From Eubacterium sp. AM49-13BH (GTDB taxonomy: Bacteria > Bacillota_I > Bacilli_A > Erysipelotrichales > Erysipelotrichaceae): DNA of 64,000 nt. Location of the stretch: positions 700 to 64,699 of the forward strand of contig CAVJMM010000002.1 in the NCBI GenBank assembly GCA_963650865.1, read 5' to 3'. Of the stretch, positions 1-9,868 are shown one piece after another. The notes under the pieces were generated by a model. The model did no database searches. It was not told where the DNA came from and worked only from the letters and a program-made list of their open reading frames with translations. The number at the start of each line of letters is the position of its first letter. Positions within the stretch are counted from its first letter, which is position 1. Both the position numbers and the translations under genes were made by a program.

Positions 1-195
1 GAATCAGCATCTTTTTCTATCACTGTAGAAGCTTTAAATGCGGATGGCAGTCGATTGGCATTGGATTATGTATATGCGGATAGTTTAGGAAGCAATCAAT
101 CTATGAGTGAAGATGTATTTACTTTTGTCACTTCTGATGATTTAGGTGCCTATCAGAATGCAACATTCCAAGTAATTGAAGTTTCAAAATATTAA
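1..195 (+). CDS. 3' end of an unidentified CDS (partial, enters from upstream of the window)
   Basis: Frame 1 is open from base 1 to a TAA at 193-195 and is followed by a strong hairpin. No recognisable motif in the 64 aa visible. Confidence 0.35.
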   Translation, partial: ESASFSITVEALNADGSRLALDYVYADSLGSNQSMSEDVFTFVTSDDLGAYQNATFQVIEVSKY

Positions 196-201
196 AGAAA
201 A

Positions 202-229
202 AGAATCAGATCGCAATTGATCTGGTTCT
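202..229. terminator. Bidirectional rho-independent terminator between convergent genes
   Basis: An 11-bp stem (AGAATCAGATC / GATCTGGTTCT, one G-T wobble) with a 6-nt loop. A-rich on the left and T-rich on the right. It lies between the stop at 193-195 (+) and the stop at 230-232 (-). Confidence 0.6.
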
Positions 230-1516
230 TTAATCTTCACAGTATTTGTCTAAATAAGAATCCACATAAGTATTTCTCTTTACTTTAGGATCTTTGATGA
301 TTTTTCCATTTCGAATAACCATATTGATATTTCTTAAATGATTTAAATCATCTAAAGGATTTTGACTTGTAACAATCATGTCTGCATATTTTCCTTCTTC
401 AATAGAACCAGTGATATTATCAATGCCTGCAAGTTTTGCGTTATTTAATGTTGCGGTATGCAAGGCAAAAGCAGTGCTGACACCAACATATTTGTGGAAA
501 TAAACAAGTTCACGATAAAAGTCGTATTGACTGATCCAAGGGCAGCCAACATCATTGCCTAACCCAACTGGAATATGATTTTCAAGAGCAGTTTTCGTTG
601 CTTCAATAAAACCATTGAGAACTAATTCGCCATTATATTTTTCAACTTCACTAGTATTGGCAACTTCTCGATCAAATAATGCATATGGAATTCCAGGAGA
701 AATCGTACAAATCAAAAAAGCATTCTTTTCTTTAAATAGTTTGATACATTCTTCATCTAAGATTGCCCCATGTTCAATCGAATCTACCCCATTTTCTAGT
801 GCGACTTTTACACCTTCTGTACTTTCGACGTGTGCAGATACGATGTATCCTAACGCATGTGCTTTTTCACAACACGTTTTGACCATCTTAGGATCCATCT
901 TTAGTTGGCCAGGAACACTTTTTTCTTTTGCGTCCATGACACCACCTGTAATCATTAATTTAATTAAATCTACATTTTCCTTCTTTAATTGTTCAATGAA
1001 ATGTAATGCTTCTTCTGTAGTGTTACAAGCTTTTGCGACACTACCTGCCATATGACCACCTTTAACTGAGATTGCGGTATTACTACAAAGGATTCTAGGG
1101 CCAATCAATTTTCCTTGATTAATTTTATCTCTTGTTTGACTATCGAGAGCTCTTAGACCACCAACGGTTCGAATGGTTGTAACACCAGACATTAATTCAA
1201 TTTGTGCGTATTTTTCTACTAATTTTCTCGCAACATATCTTCCAAGTGCAGTAGCGAAAACTTGTTTGACAAGTTTTTCATTGTCTCTTTGTTTCTTCTG
1301 TGGTTTTCCGTTACCTGCTAAATGGACATGCATGTTGATCAAACCAGGCATCAAGTATTGTTCTTGTAAATCAATGACTTCATAACTAGGATCTAATTGT
1401 GTGCTTGTTGTGATCTTTGTGATTTTTTCTCCATCAACATAAACACTTCCTTTTTTGGCTTTCATTTCTTTTGTTCCATCTAAAATAAAACAATTTGTGA
1501 ATACATATTTTGACAT
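230..1516 (-). CDS. Metal-dependent amidohydrolase family protein (COG1228-like)
   Basis: 428-aa ORF. N-terminal beta-sandwich-like start followed by GLINMHVHL (HxH metal motif), later SAHVE and a downstream D-containing motif typical of the amidohydrolase superfamily. Confidence 0.75.
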   Translation of the reverse strand: MSKYVFTNCFILDGTKEMKAKKGSVYVDGEKITKITTSTQLDPSYEVIDLQEQYLMPGLINMHVHLAGNGKPQKKQRDNEKLVKQVFATALGRYVARKLVEKYAQIELMSGVTTIRTVGGLRALDSQTRDKINQGKLIGPRILCSNTAISVKGGHMAGSVAKACNTTEEALHFIEQLKKENVDLIKLMITGGVMDAKEKSVPGQLKMDPKMVKTCCEKAHALGYIVSAHVESTEGVKVALENGVDSIEHGAILDEECIKLFKEKNAFLICTISPGIPYALFDREVANTSEVEKYNGELVLNGFIEATKTALENHIPVGLGNDVGCPWISQYDFYRELVYFHKYVGVSTAFALHTATLNNAKLAGIDNITGSIEEGKYADMIVTSQNPLDDLNHLRNINMVIRNGKIIKDPKVKRNTYVDSYLDKYCED

Positions 1517-1612
1517 AACGACCTCTTAAATAAAATTAATATTATTATACGAGAATATGAATGATCTTGGAACGCTATGCTAAAATAAATATGCGTTTAG
1601 GAGATAATAGAA

Positions 1613-3544
1613 ATGAAAAAAATCATTGGGGCTAGTTTGGCATTGAGCTGTTTATTAACAGGTTGTAGTACAAACATTGTATCTAGTTTGAATGAATCTA
1701 CATCTGTAACAACATCTCAAACACCAGAAGAAAAAGCAGAGGAGTTTGTAAGTACAATGGATCTACAATCAAAAATAGAACAAATGATCATGCCTGCAAT
1801 TCGTAATTGGAATGGTGAAGGATTTACACAAATGAATGACGAAGTGGAAAGCATGTTAGAAAAGTACCATTTTGGAGGCATCATCTTATTTGCGGAAAAC
1901 TTTTCTGATAATGAATCTGTTGTGAATCTCACACAAGGATTACAAATGGCAAATGCGAATGGTGGTGGCATTCCTTATATGTTGAGTATTGATCAAGAAG
2001 GTGGCTATATTACACGCTTGCAGTATGGGACAAGTACCGTAGGAAATATGGCACTTGCGGCAAGTGGTAAAACGAAAAACGCAAAAAAGAGTGCGAAGAT
2101 CATTTCTTCCGAATTAAAAGCGTTAGGTTTGAACTTGGATTTTGCGCCTAGTGTAGATGTAAATTCTAATCCCGCTAATCCAATCATTGGTGTACGTGCT
2201 TTTTCGGATGATCCAGAAATCGTAACAGAATTTTCAGAGGCGTATTTAAGTGGTTTAGCTTCTAACAATGTCATTGGAACAATCAAACATTTCCCGGGAC
2301 ATGGTGATACAGATACGGATTCTCATACAGGTTTACCAAGAATCGATCGTACAAAGGAAGAAGTGGAAAGTACAGATTTAGTTCCGTTTAAAGAATTGAT
2401 TGCGGATGGAAAAGTAGATATGGTCATGACTGCGCATATACAATTTCCACAGATTGAGACAGAGACTTATACAAGTGTGAAAGATGGTTCAACAATCAAT
2501 TTGCCTGCGACATTATCTAAGACATGGATGACGGACATTTTGAGAAATGAATCAGGATTTGATGGTGTAATTGTTACAGACTCTTTGCAGATGGATGCAA
2601 TTGCGGATAACTTTTCTACAAGAGATAGCGCAAAACTAGCGATTAATGCAGGTGTTAATATTTTATTGATGCCAGTTGAACTTGAAAATGTGGATTCAAT
2701 GAGCGCAATGGATGCATATATCCAAGACATTGTAGATATGGTTAATTCTGGTGAAATTGATGAATCATTGATTGATGAATCTTGTAAGAAAATTATTGCG
2801 TTGAAATATCAAAGAGGCATGATGGATGAAACCTATTCAGAAGAAAAAACACAACAGATGTTAACGAATGTTAATTCTTTGGTTGGAACAGAAGAATCTC
2901 ATAAAGTTGAAAGAGATATTGGAGATGACTGTATGACTGTGCTAAAGAATGAGAATGATATATTACCTTATACAGTTTCTGAAAATGAGAATATTGTAAT
3001 GATTTCTACAACAGATGTACAAAAGAATATCTTAGATCATGGATTTTCTGTATTAAAAGAAGAAGGAAGTATTGATCCTAGTTCAACAATTCAAATTGTG
3101 AATGAAAATAATGGAGAAAATCATGAAGAATGTTTACAAGCAATTGATCAAGCAAATGTATTAATTGTGACAAGTACTTTAGATTCTAGTGCACAACTAG
3201 ATACAACACAATCTGATCGGATTCGAAATGTACAAGAATATATTTCTAAAGCAAAAGAATTAGGAATCCCAGTAATTGTGATTTCTGCTAAGATTCCATA
3301 TGATGCAGCTTTATTACAAGATGCAGATGCAATTGTATGTGCGTATAATTCAAAGGGTGCAAGTAATGTAGATGATCTTTATCGTCCGCTTTCTACATAT
3401 TCTGTCAATCTCATGTGTGCAGAAGATATTATCTTTGGTTCCGCAAAACCAAAAGGAAAATTACCAGTGAATATTTCAACTGTTGAAAATGGTCAATTTA
3501 CAAGTGAAGTTCTTTATGAAAGAGGAACAGGCTTAACTTGGTAA
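1613..3544 (+). CDS. Glycoside hydrolase family 3 lipoprotein (beta-N-acetylhexosaminidase / NagZ-like)
   Basis: Lipobox LLTGCS at the N-terminus. GH3 signature KHFPGHGDTDTDSH and VVTDSLQM-type motif (VIVTDSLQMDAI). RBS GGAG upstream of the ATG. Confidence 0.85.
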   Translation: MKKIIGASLALSCLLTGCSTNIVSSLNESTSVTTSQTPEEKAEEFVSTMDLQSKIEQMIMPAIRNWNGEGFTQMNDEVESMLEKYHFGGIILFAENFSDNESVVNLTQGLQMANANGGGIPYMLSIDQEGGYITRLQYGTSTVGNMALAASGKTKNAKKSAKIISSELKALGLNLDFAPSVDVNSNPANPIIGVRAFSDDPEIVTEFSEAYLSGLASNNVIGTIKHFPGHGDTDTDSHTGLPRIDRTKEEVESTDLVPFKELIADGKVDMVMTAHIQFPQIETETYTSVKDGSTINLPATLSKTWMTDILRNESGFDGVIVTDSLQMDAIADNFSTRDSAKLAINAGVNILLMPVELENVDSMSAMDAYIQDIVDMVNSGEIDESLIDESCKKIIALKYQRGMMDETYSEEKTQQMLTNVNSLVGTEESHKVERDIGDDCMTVLKNENDILPYTVSENENIVMISTTDVQKNILDHGFSVLKEEGSIDPSSTIQIVNENNGENHEECLQAIDQANVLIVTSTLDSSAQLDTTQSDRIRNVQEYISKAKELGIPVIVISAKIPYDAALLQDADAIVCAYNSKGASNVDDLYRPLSTYSVNLMCAEDIIFGSAKPKGKLPVNISTVENGQFTSEVLYERGTGLTW

Positions 3545-3634
3545 AAAAAATAAAACTGAAAGCGTTTTTAAAATTGAATATTCTTTTATAGAAGAAGTTT
3601 GAATGATAAAATCTTATGGCATGGAGGGATGCAC

Positions 3635-5164
3635 ATGAATTTTCTGTTATTTATTTTGGGATTAGCGCCAATTATTTGGTTGGCAATAGCGTTAATGGTA
3701 TTTAAGTGGCCTACATTTAAAGCCGCAATTGGTTCGCTTGTGATTTCCATTGTTTTATCTATTTTTGTTTGGCATATGAATGTATTAGATACGGCAAGTG
3801 CTGGACTAGAAGGAATGTTGATGGCAATTTGGCCAATCATTATTGTTATTCTAGCAGCTGTATTTACTTATCGTTTATCTTTGAGAACAGGTGGCATGGA
3901 TGTTATCAAATCGATGATCACTTCTTTTTCAACGGATAAAAGAGTATTGGTTCTACTGATTGCTTGGTGCTTTGGTGGATTCATGGAAGGTATGGCAGGA
4001 TTTGGTACTGCTGTAGCGATTCCAGCAAGTATGCTTGTTTCTTTAGGATTTGATCCTTTGTTTTCGTGTCTTGTTTGTTTGGTGGCTAATGGAACACCTA
4101 CAGCGTTTGGATCTATTGGGATTCCAACTGTTACATTAGCGAATTTATTGTCGTTAGAAAACACAACACTCTCTTTTATGACGGCGTTACAATTAGCACC
4201 ATTTATTATCTTATCTCCAATTATCATGGTTATGATTACTGGTGGAGGAATCAAAGGATTAAAAGGTGTATTACCAATTACTTTAATGAGTGGGATTGGA
4301 TTTGTTGTTCCTGAAATCATTATTGGTAAATTTGTTGGGGCGGAACTGGCAGTTGTTGTTGGATCTGTTGTATCTTTATTGATTACTGTCTTTATGGCAA
4401 AGACTGTAAAACCGGATCCAGAATATCAAGTGGATATTGCAAATAAGGAAAAGATTACTGCACAAAAGGCATTGCTTGCGTGGTCTCCATTTATCATGAT
4501 CTTTGTATTCTTGTTATTAACAAGTAAACTAGTTGCACCAGTTAATACATTCTTATCACAGTTTTCTTCTAGTATTTCTGTATTTACTGGTGAAAACGCA
4601 AATACAATCACATTTTCTTGGATCAATACACCAGGTGTTTGGATTTTCTTATCTGCAATCATTGGTGGTTTGTTACAAGGGGCAAAAGGACAAGATTTTA
4701 TCATTGTGTTAAAAGAAACATTCTTACAGATGAAAGAAACAATGATAACAATGATTTCTGTACTTGCTTGTGCGAAAATCATGGGATATTCAGGAATGAT
4801 TTCTTCAATCTCTGCATTCGCAATTGGAACAACAGGTGCGTTATATCCTTTATTTGCGCCATGGATTGGAGGACTAGGAACATTCGTTACGGGATCTGGA
4901 ACAAACTCAGGCGTTTTATTTGGTGCAGTACAAAAGAGCGCAGCGGACACATTGAATGTAAATCCATATTGGATGGTCGCACTAAACTCTTTAGGTGTTG
5001 CGGCTGGTAAGATGTTATCGCCACAATCTCTTGCAATTGCGTTAAGCTCTGTAGATGCAAAGGGCCAAGATTCTAAATTGATGAGTCAAATCATGCCATA
5101 TGGAATCTTCTTCTTAGTACTTATGAGTATTTTAGGAATTGTTGGAGCGAATTTAATTCATTAA
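3635..5164 (+). CDS. L-lactate permease family transporter (LctP/LldP-like)
   Basis: Highly hydrophobic multi-TM ORF with an LctP-type N-terminus (MNFLLFILGLAPIIWLAIALMVFKW...). GGAGGG at 3623-3628 favours the ATG at 3635 over the ORF-track start at 3599. Confidence 0.75.
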   Translation: MNFLLFILGLAPIIWLAIALMVFKWPTFKAAIGSLVISIVLSIFVWHMNVLDTASAGLEGMLMAIWPIIIVILAAVFTYRLSLRTGGMDVIKSMITSFSTDKRVLVLLIAWCFGGFMEGMAGFGTAVAIPASMLVSLGFDPLFSCLVCLVANGTPTAFGSIGIPTVTLANLLSLENTTLSFMTALQLAPFIILSPIIMVMITGGGIKGLKGVLPITLMSGIGFVVPEIIIGKFVGAELAVVVGSVVSLLITVFMAKTVKPDPEYQVDIANKEKITAQKALLAWSPFIMIFVFLLLTSKLVAPVNTFLSQFSSSISVFTGENANTITFSWINTPGVWIFLSAIIGGLLQGAKGQDFIIVLKETFLQMKETMITMISVLACAKIMGYSGMISSISAFAIGTTGALYPLFAPWIGGLGTFVTGSGTNSGVLFGAVQKSAADTLNVNPYWMVALNSLGVAAGKMLSPQSLAIALSSVDAKGQDSKLMSQIMPYGIFFLVLMSILGIVGANLIH

Positions 5165-5258
5165 TGAATGGGAATGAGAAATCATTTCCAGTTTTTGAAA
5201 ATCTCATCATTTGTTTTGTCTGTAAGGTAAGATACAAGCAAATAAAGGAGAAGAGGAT

Positions 5259-5834
5259 ATGAAAAAAGTAATGGTATTAGTAGTGGAAGGGTTCGAAGAA
5301 GGAGAAACATTAGAAACAGTTGATGTTTTGAGAAGATGTGGAATCGATTGTGATAGTGTGGGATTAGTACAGAAACAATGTACAGGTTGTAATGGTATTA
5401 CAGTTCTAACAGATTATGTTTTAGAAGAAGTTGATTCAAATCAATATGATATGGTTGTACTTCCTGGAGGGATGCCAGGAGCAGAGCATCTAAAAAATGA
5501 TCAAAGAGTATTAGAAATTGTTCGAAGATTTGATGCAGAGAAAAAATATGTTTGTGCGATTTGCGCTGCACCAATGGTGCTAGCAGAGGCTGGTATTTCT
5601 AGTGGAAGAACATTAACAAGTTATCCAGCAGATAAATATAGAGCGTTATTTGAGGATGCAAATTATATAGATGATCAAATTGTTGTATATGATGATAATC
5701 TCATTACTTCTAGAGGACCAGCAACGGTATTGCCATTTGCGTATGCTTTAGCGGAAGTGTTAGGCGGTAATACAAAAGTAGTGAAGGAAAGAATGTTGTA
5801 TAACAAACTTGTTCAAAGTTATTATATCAACTAA
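5259..5834 (+). CDS. DJ-1/PfpI (ThiJ) family protein
   Basis: 191 aa. LPGGMPGA and the nucleophile-elbow motif AICAAP typical of DJ-1/PfpI. Strong RBS AAAGGAGAAGAGG. Confidence 0.85.
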   Translation: MKKVMVLVVEGFEEGETLETVDVLRRCGIDCDSVGLVQKQCTGCNGITVLTDYVLEEVDSNQYDMVVLPGGMPGAEHLKNDQRVLEIVRRFDAEKKYVCAICAAPMVLAEAGISSGRTLTSYPADKYRALFEDANYIDDQIVVYDDNLITSRGPATVLPFAYALAEVLGGNTKVVKERMLYNKLVQSYYIN

Positions 5835-5843
5835 TATTAATTC

Positions 5844-6596
5844 ATGAAAACATCAAAGATATCTGTTGTTATATTAGGCTATTTACAAGCCTCACAAAAA
5901 GATAGTACGAACGCAATATTAGCTTCTTATTTATTAGAACATATGAATGAGAGTGGGAATCTATCTATCAAAATGATTGCGGAAGATTGTCATGTTGGTA
6001 TTGCGACGGTTTCTCGATTTGTGCGTGATTTAGGTGTTGCGAATTTTAGTGAATTCAAAGACTTGTTAGATGAAGAATATAATACATTTTCTAGATGTGA
6101 TTCTTATGAAGAACTTTATAATAGCTATACTATATCAACAGAAGAATGTTTGAAATCAATTAATCAAGATGAAATCAATTCATTATGTGAATCTATTCAT
6201 GCCTCAAAAACAGTATATGTATTTGGCCTGTTAAAGGCGAAATCTGCTGCAATTCAACTACAAGCAGATTTGTGTTCATTAGGAAAACCAGTATTGACAT
6301 TTGACTCAACTAACGAACAAATGAAATGTATCGAACAAGCTTCACCGAATGATTGTTTGGTTTTGTTTTCAGATACGAGTCGTTATTTTGAATATTTTGA
6401 TGTCAGAAAAATAAAAGAGCATATTTCTCAATTGAACTTATGGATGATTGGTAGTGGAAAAACACCTAATTTTGTAAAACATCATATTATCTATCAAAAG
6501 CCAAAAGTTTCTATAACACATCCTATACAATTGTTATTTGTGGCGGATATGATTTCACAATGTTATGCAAAGAGGTATTGTAATGAAAATAGCTGA
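5844..6596 (+). CDS. MurR/RpiR family transcriptional regulator (HTH + SIS-like domain)
   Basis: N-terminal HTH_6-like segment (SIKMIAEDCHVGIATVSRFVRDLG) followed by a SIS-like Rossmann segment (VYVFGLLKAKSAAIQL). Confidence 0.65.
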   Translation: MKTSKISVVILGYLQASQKDSTNAILASYLLEHMNESGNLSIKMIAEDCHVGIATVSRFVRDLGVANFSEFKDLLDEEYNTFSRCDSYEELYNSYTISTEECLKSINQDEINSLCESIHASKTVYVFGLLKAKSAAIQLQADLCSLGKPVLTFDSTNEQMKCIEQASPNDCLVLFSDTSRYFEYFDVRKIKEHISQLNLWMIGSGKTPNFVKHHIIYQKPKVSITHPIQLLFVADMISQCYAKRYCNENS

Positions 6597-6729
6597 TTTA
6601 GTATGCCCTATTTGTGGTGCGGAATTCAAGAATGAAGATAGAAGTAAATTGATATGTCCTTATTGTGGATGTGTGCTTCTAGTGAAAAGAAAAGCAGCTA
6701 TCAAGAACTATAAAACTATGAGAAAATAG
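6583..6729 (+). CDS. Small zinc-ribbon protein (48 aa), below the ORF-track length cut-off
   Basis: My translation is MKIADLVCPICGAEFKNEDRSKLICPYCGCVLLVKRKAAIKNYKTMRK. It has two CPxCG knuckles 16 residues apart and a basic tail. The ATG overlaps the last 14 nt of the RpiR-like gene. Confidence 0.45.
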   Translation: MKIADLVCPICGAEFKNEDRSKLICPYCGCVLLVKRKAAIKNYKTMRK

Positions 6730-6733
6730 AATC

Positions 6734-7327
6734 ATGAAAGTTTTATTTGTGAATACAAGTGAAGAAGAACATGGATTAACAGAAAAAGGAATTTTAGAGT
6801 GTTCAAAAGTCTTAGAAGAAAATGAAATAGAAACAGAAATCCTTTGGGCATATCCAAATATTCATGCCTGTACTTCTTGTGGAAAATGTTTGAAAAGAAG
6901 AACTTGCATTTTTGGTGGTGTAGTAAATGTTGTCGCACAAAGAAGAGATTCCTTTGATGCACTTGTAGTAGGACTAGATGTCATCTTTAATGAGCCTAGC
7001 AAATCAGCAATCAATTTTATGGAATGTTTATTTCGTAGTTGTAATGAAGCGTATATTTCTAAAGTGGGTGCTTTGATTTTGTCCTCTAAAAATAAAAATA
7101 CAGAAAAAGCATATCAAAGAATGAATACGTATTTTTCTGCTTCTTGTATGTCTGTAGTGACTGGTAGATATTACAATACAATTATAGAAGATGATTCTAT
7201 GGAAGAAATGAAAGTTTTAGGAAAGAATCTTTCATGGATCTTGAAATGTATTCAATTAGGAAATCAACAAGGAATTAAAAATGATTGGATTCCGAAGAAA
7301 CTTGATGAATTTATGAAGGGAAGATAA
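6734..7327 (+). CDS. Flavodoxin-like fold / NAD(P)H-dependent FMN reductase-like protein with Cys cluster
   Basis: MKVLFVNTS... start typical of flavodoxin-fold reductases, and a CTSCGKCLKRRTC cysteine motif as in iron-sulfur flavoproteins. Family assignment is tentative. Confidence 0.5.
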   Translation: MKVLFVNTSEEEHGLTEKGILECSKVLEENEIETEILWAYPNIHACTSCGKCLKRRTCIFGGVVNVVAQRRDSFDALVVGLDVIFNEPSKSAINFMECLFRSCNEAYISKVGALILSSKNKNTEKAYQRMNTYFSASCMSVVTGRYYNTIIEDDSMEEMKVLGKNLSWILKCIQLGNQQGIKNDWIPKKLDEFMKGR

Positions 7328-7356
7328 TGTAAAATAATAGTAGAAATGAGGTACAT

Positions 7357-9048
7357 ATGAGTTATCAAGAAACATATCAAGAATGGTTAGAACATCTAAC
7401 AGATACATCTTTAAAACAACAATTAGTAGATATTCAAGATGATGAAGTGGAAAAAGAAGATCGATTCTATAAGAATTTATCTTTTGGAACTGCAGGATTG
7501 AGAGGGAAAGTTGGTGCAGGAACAAATCGTATGAACATGTATACGGTTGGTAAGGCAACACAAGGCATTGCGCAATTTATCATCAAACATGGTCAAGAAG
7601 CAATGGATAAAGGTGTTGTGATTGCACATGATCCAAGACATTTTTCTAGAGAGTTTTGTGAATTGGCTGCAGGCATCTTTGCGGCAAATGGAATTCGTGT
7701 ATATGCATTTCCGTCTTTAAGACCTACGCCAGAACTTGCTTTTTTGATTCGTAAACTTGGTACGACTGCAGGGATCAATATTACAGCTTCTCATAATCCA
7801 AAAGAATACAATGGATATAAAGCGTATTGGAATGATGGATGTCAAGTATCGAGTGAAATTGCGGATGGCATGGAAACAGAAATCAATTCTGTTGATATTT
7901 GGAATGGTGTGAAGACTTCTTCTTATGCGGAAGGTGTAAAGGAAGGAAAAATCATTGTTTTGGGTGAAAAAGAAGATCGTGAATATTTAGATAAGATCGA
8001 ATCTTTAGCGATTCATTCGGGTGAGGAAATTGATTTATCGATTCCACTTGTTTATACACCACTTAATGGATGTGGTTCGATTCCATTTAGACAGATGTTG
8101 AATGATCGTGGATTTGATAACTGGAAGATTGTTCCTGAACAAGAACAACCTGATCCTGATTTCACAACAGTTGGTTATCCTAATCCAGAAGATCCAAAAG
8201 CGTTTGCGTTAAGTGAAAAATATGGCAGAGAATTTGGTGCAGAATTATTGATGGCGACAGATCCTGATTCTGATCGATTCGCAATTGAAATTCGTGATCA
8301 TAATGGAAATTATGTACCACTAAATGGAAATCAAACTGGCTATTTACTAGTGAATTATGTTTTAGAAGGACATCAATCTGCAGGTACATTACCTAAAAAA
8401 GGTGCCATGGTAAAATCGATTGTCACTTCAAATTTATCTACAAAGATTGCGAAATCTTATGGTGTAGAAATGTTTGAAACATTGACTGGTTTTAAGAATA
8501 TTTGTGGTAAGATTCCTTATCTTCATGAACATGGTTATACATACTTATTTGGTTATGAAGAAAGTGTTGGATATGCAGGATGTGAAGATATTCGTGATAA
8601 GGATGGAATTTCTGCAGGTATGTTAGTAACAGAAGCTGCGGCTTACTATAGAAAACAAGGAAAGACCTTATGGGATGTTCTACAAGAAATCTATGCAAAG
8701 TATGGATATACTTGTGAAGAAGGCGTCAATATCGTTTTAGAAGGCATTCCTGGTAGAGAAAGAATTGAGCGAATGATGAAGTGGATCAGAAGTGAAAAGC
8801 CAACACAGATTGGAAAGTATCATGTAGATCATAGCGTTGATTATATTGATGGTTATGATGATCTACCTCCACATAACGCATTACGTTTCTATATAGATGA
8901 CGATACATGGTTTGCGATTCGTCCAAGTGGAACAGAACCTAAGATCAAGATGTATTTTTATTCCACAGATCAATCAATGGAGGCTGCAAAACAAAAAAAC
9001 GAAGCAATCAAAACTGCAGTATTAGAAATGATTCATTCTGTGGAATGA
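7357..9048 (+). CDS. Phospho-sugar mutase (alpha-phosphoglucomutase / phosphomannomutase family)
   Basis: Active-site loop TASHNPKEYNGYK, Mg loop ATDPDSDR, sugar-binding GYEESVG and phosphate-binding RPSGTEPKIK. Confidence 0.92.
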   Translation: MSYQETYQEWLEHLTDTSLKQQLVDIQDDEVEKEDRFYKNLSFGTAGLRGKVGAGTNRMNMYTVGKATQGIAQFIIKHGQEAMDKGVVIAHDPRHFSREFCELAAGIFAANGIRVYAFPSLRPTPELAFLIRKLGTTAGINITASHNPKEYNGYKAYWNDGCQVSSEIADGMETEINSVDIWNGVKTSSYAEGVKEGKIIVLGEKEDREYLDKIESLAIHSGEEIDLSIPLVYTPLNGCGSIPFRQMLNDRGFDNWKIVPEQEQPDPDFTTVGYPNPEDPKAFALSEKYGREFGAELLMATDPDSDRFAIEIRDHNGNYVPLNGNQTGYLLVNYVLEGHQSAGTLPKKGAMVKSIVTSNLSTKIAKSYGVEMFETLTGFKNICGKIPYLHEHGYTYLFGYEESVGYAGCEDIRDKDGISAGMLVTEAAAYYRKQGKTLWDVLQEIYAKYGYTCEEGVNIVLEGIPGRERIERMMKWIRSEKPTQIGKYHVDHSVDYIDGYDDLPPHNALRFYIDDDTWFAIRPSGTEPKIKMYFYSTDQSMEAAKQKNEAIKTAVLEMIHSVE

Positions 9049-9857
9049 TTGATCAAAGAGAAGCATATGCTTCTTTTTTTGTTATAATGTTTTGGATGAT
9101 TTGTGTATATACTTTGAAAAATTGGTATTTTGATAAAACAAAAGAAAAATATCGTGTATGGGGAAATATCAGTGGCAATGATAACTTTGAAGATGGACAA
9201 TGGATCCATACTTCTTTTGTAACAAAGCTTGAAGTAGAGTGGGGTGCTTTGCATATCTATACTGAAAACTCTGAATATTTAGCGAAATATGCCGAACATA
9301 ATGCGATAGATAAGAGAGTTTTACGAAGAGCTTTGCGTGATTATCTATGGCCAGATGATGTGCTTGTATTTAATAAAATCAAACAATCAGAATCAAGAAA
9401 ACAAAATACGATTCATAAGGAAGAAACACCAGATGATTATAAAAATTGTGCGATACTTACGTTTTCTTCAGATATTCTAAATCATTTTGTATCGTTAGAA
9501 TTACGGAGTGGAAAGAAGATCTATCGTAGATTAGATTATGATATTCAAAGAGGCATGTTTGAAGATGCATTTGTCTTAAGTGATGCAACGTTGAATTATT
9601 ATTTTCGTTTTTTTCCATATGGAAAGAATGCATATCAATTTGATGAGTGGAAAGGAAAATATACACCTGTATTTATTCGAAATATTGGCAGTGATGTATT
9701 TTATGCTTCTACTGTATTTGGTGATTATGAGATACAACCAAATACAACAGTATTGATTTCACAATCCTATTCCAATGAAAGAATCAATACGACTTTAGAT
9801 GAAACAATCAATAGTAAAACAACAGTCTTAACACATGCTTCTGTTAAGATGAAGTGA
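9045..9857 (+). CDS. Hypothetical protein with N-terminal hydrophobic anchor
   Basis: 270-aa ORF whose ATG overlaps the mutase stop (ATGA). A hydrophobic segment (ASFFVIMFWMICVYTL) lies near the N-terminus. No motif I recognise. The start is uncertain because a hairpin, a T-run and TGtTATAAT sit at 9058-9088. Confidence 0.45.
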   Translation: MIDQREAYASFFVIMFWMICVYTLKNWYFDKTKEKYRVWGNISGNDNFEDGQWIHTSFVTKLEVEWGALHIYTENSEYLAKYAEHNAIDKRVLRRALRDYLWPDDVLVFNKIKQSESRKQNTIHKEETPDDYKNCAILTFSSDILNHFVSLELRSGKKIYRRLDYDIQRGMFEDAFVLSDATLNYYFRFFPYGKNAYQFDEWKGKYTPVFIRNIGSDVFYASTVFGDYEIQPNTTVLISQSYSNERINTTLDETINSKTTVLTHASVKMK

Positions 9858-9868
9858 AAGGAGAAAAG

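Noticed and set aside
615-1385. Plus-strand ORFs 615-1055 and 1173-1385 inside the amidohydrolase gene, and similar antisense ORFs inside most large genes (for example 28677-29051, 42887-43186, 55009-55320, 55985-56317, 59100-59402, 61982-62344)
   Set aside because: All are antisense or off-frame to ORFs with clear family motifs. This is typical shadow-frame noise.
3586-5010. ORFs 3586-3840 (-), 3868-4320 (-), 4426-4950 (-) and 4618-5010 (+) overlapping the lactate permease gene
   Set aside because: These are shadow ORFs in a codon-biased membrane-protein gene, with no RBS and no motifs.
9058-9088. Hairpin plus T-run plus TGtTATAAT inside the first 45 nt of ORF 9045-9857, read as a terminator/promoter that would invalidate the ORF start
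   Set aside because: The stem is short (5-6 bp effective), and the T-run encodes the FF of a plausible N-terminal membrane anchor. The ATG also overlaps the upstream stop (ATGA coupling). The ORF start is kept, and the ambiguity is noted.
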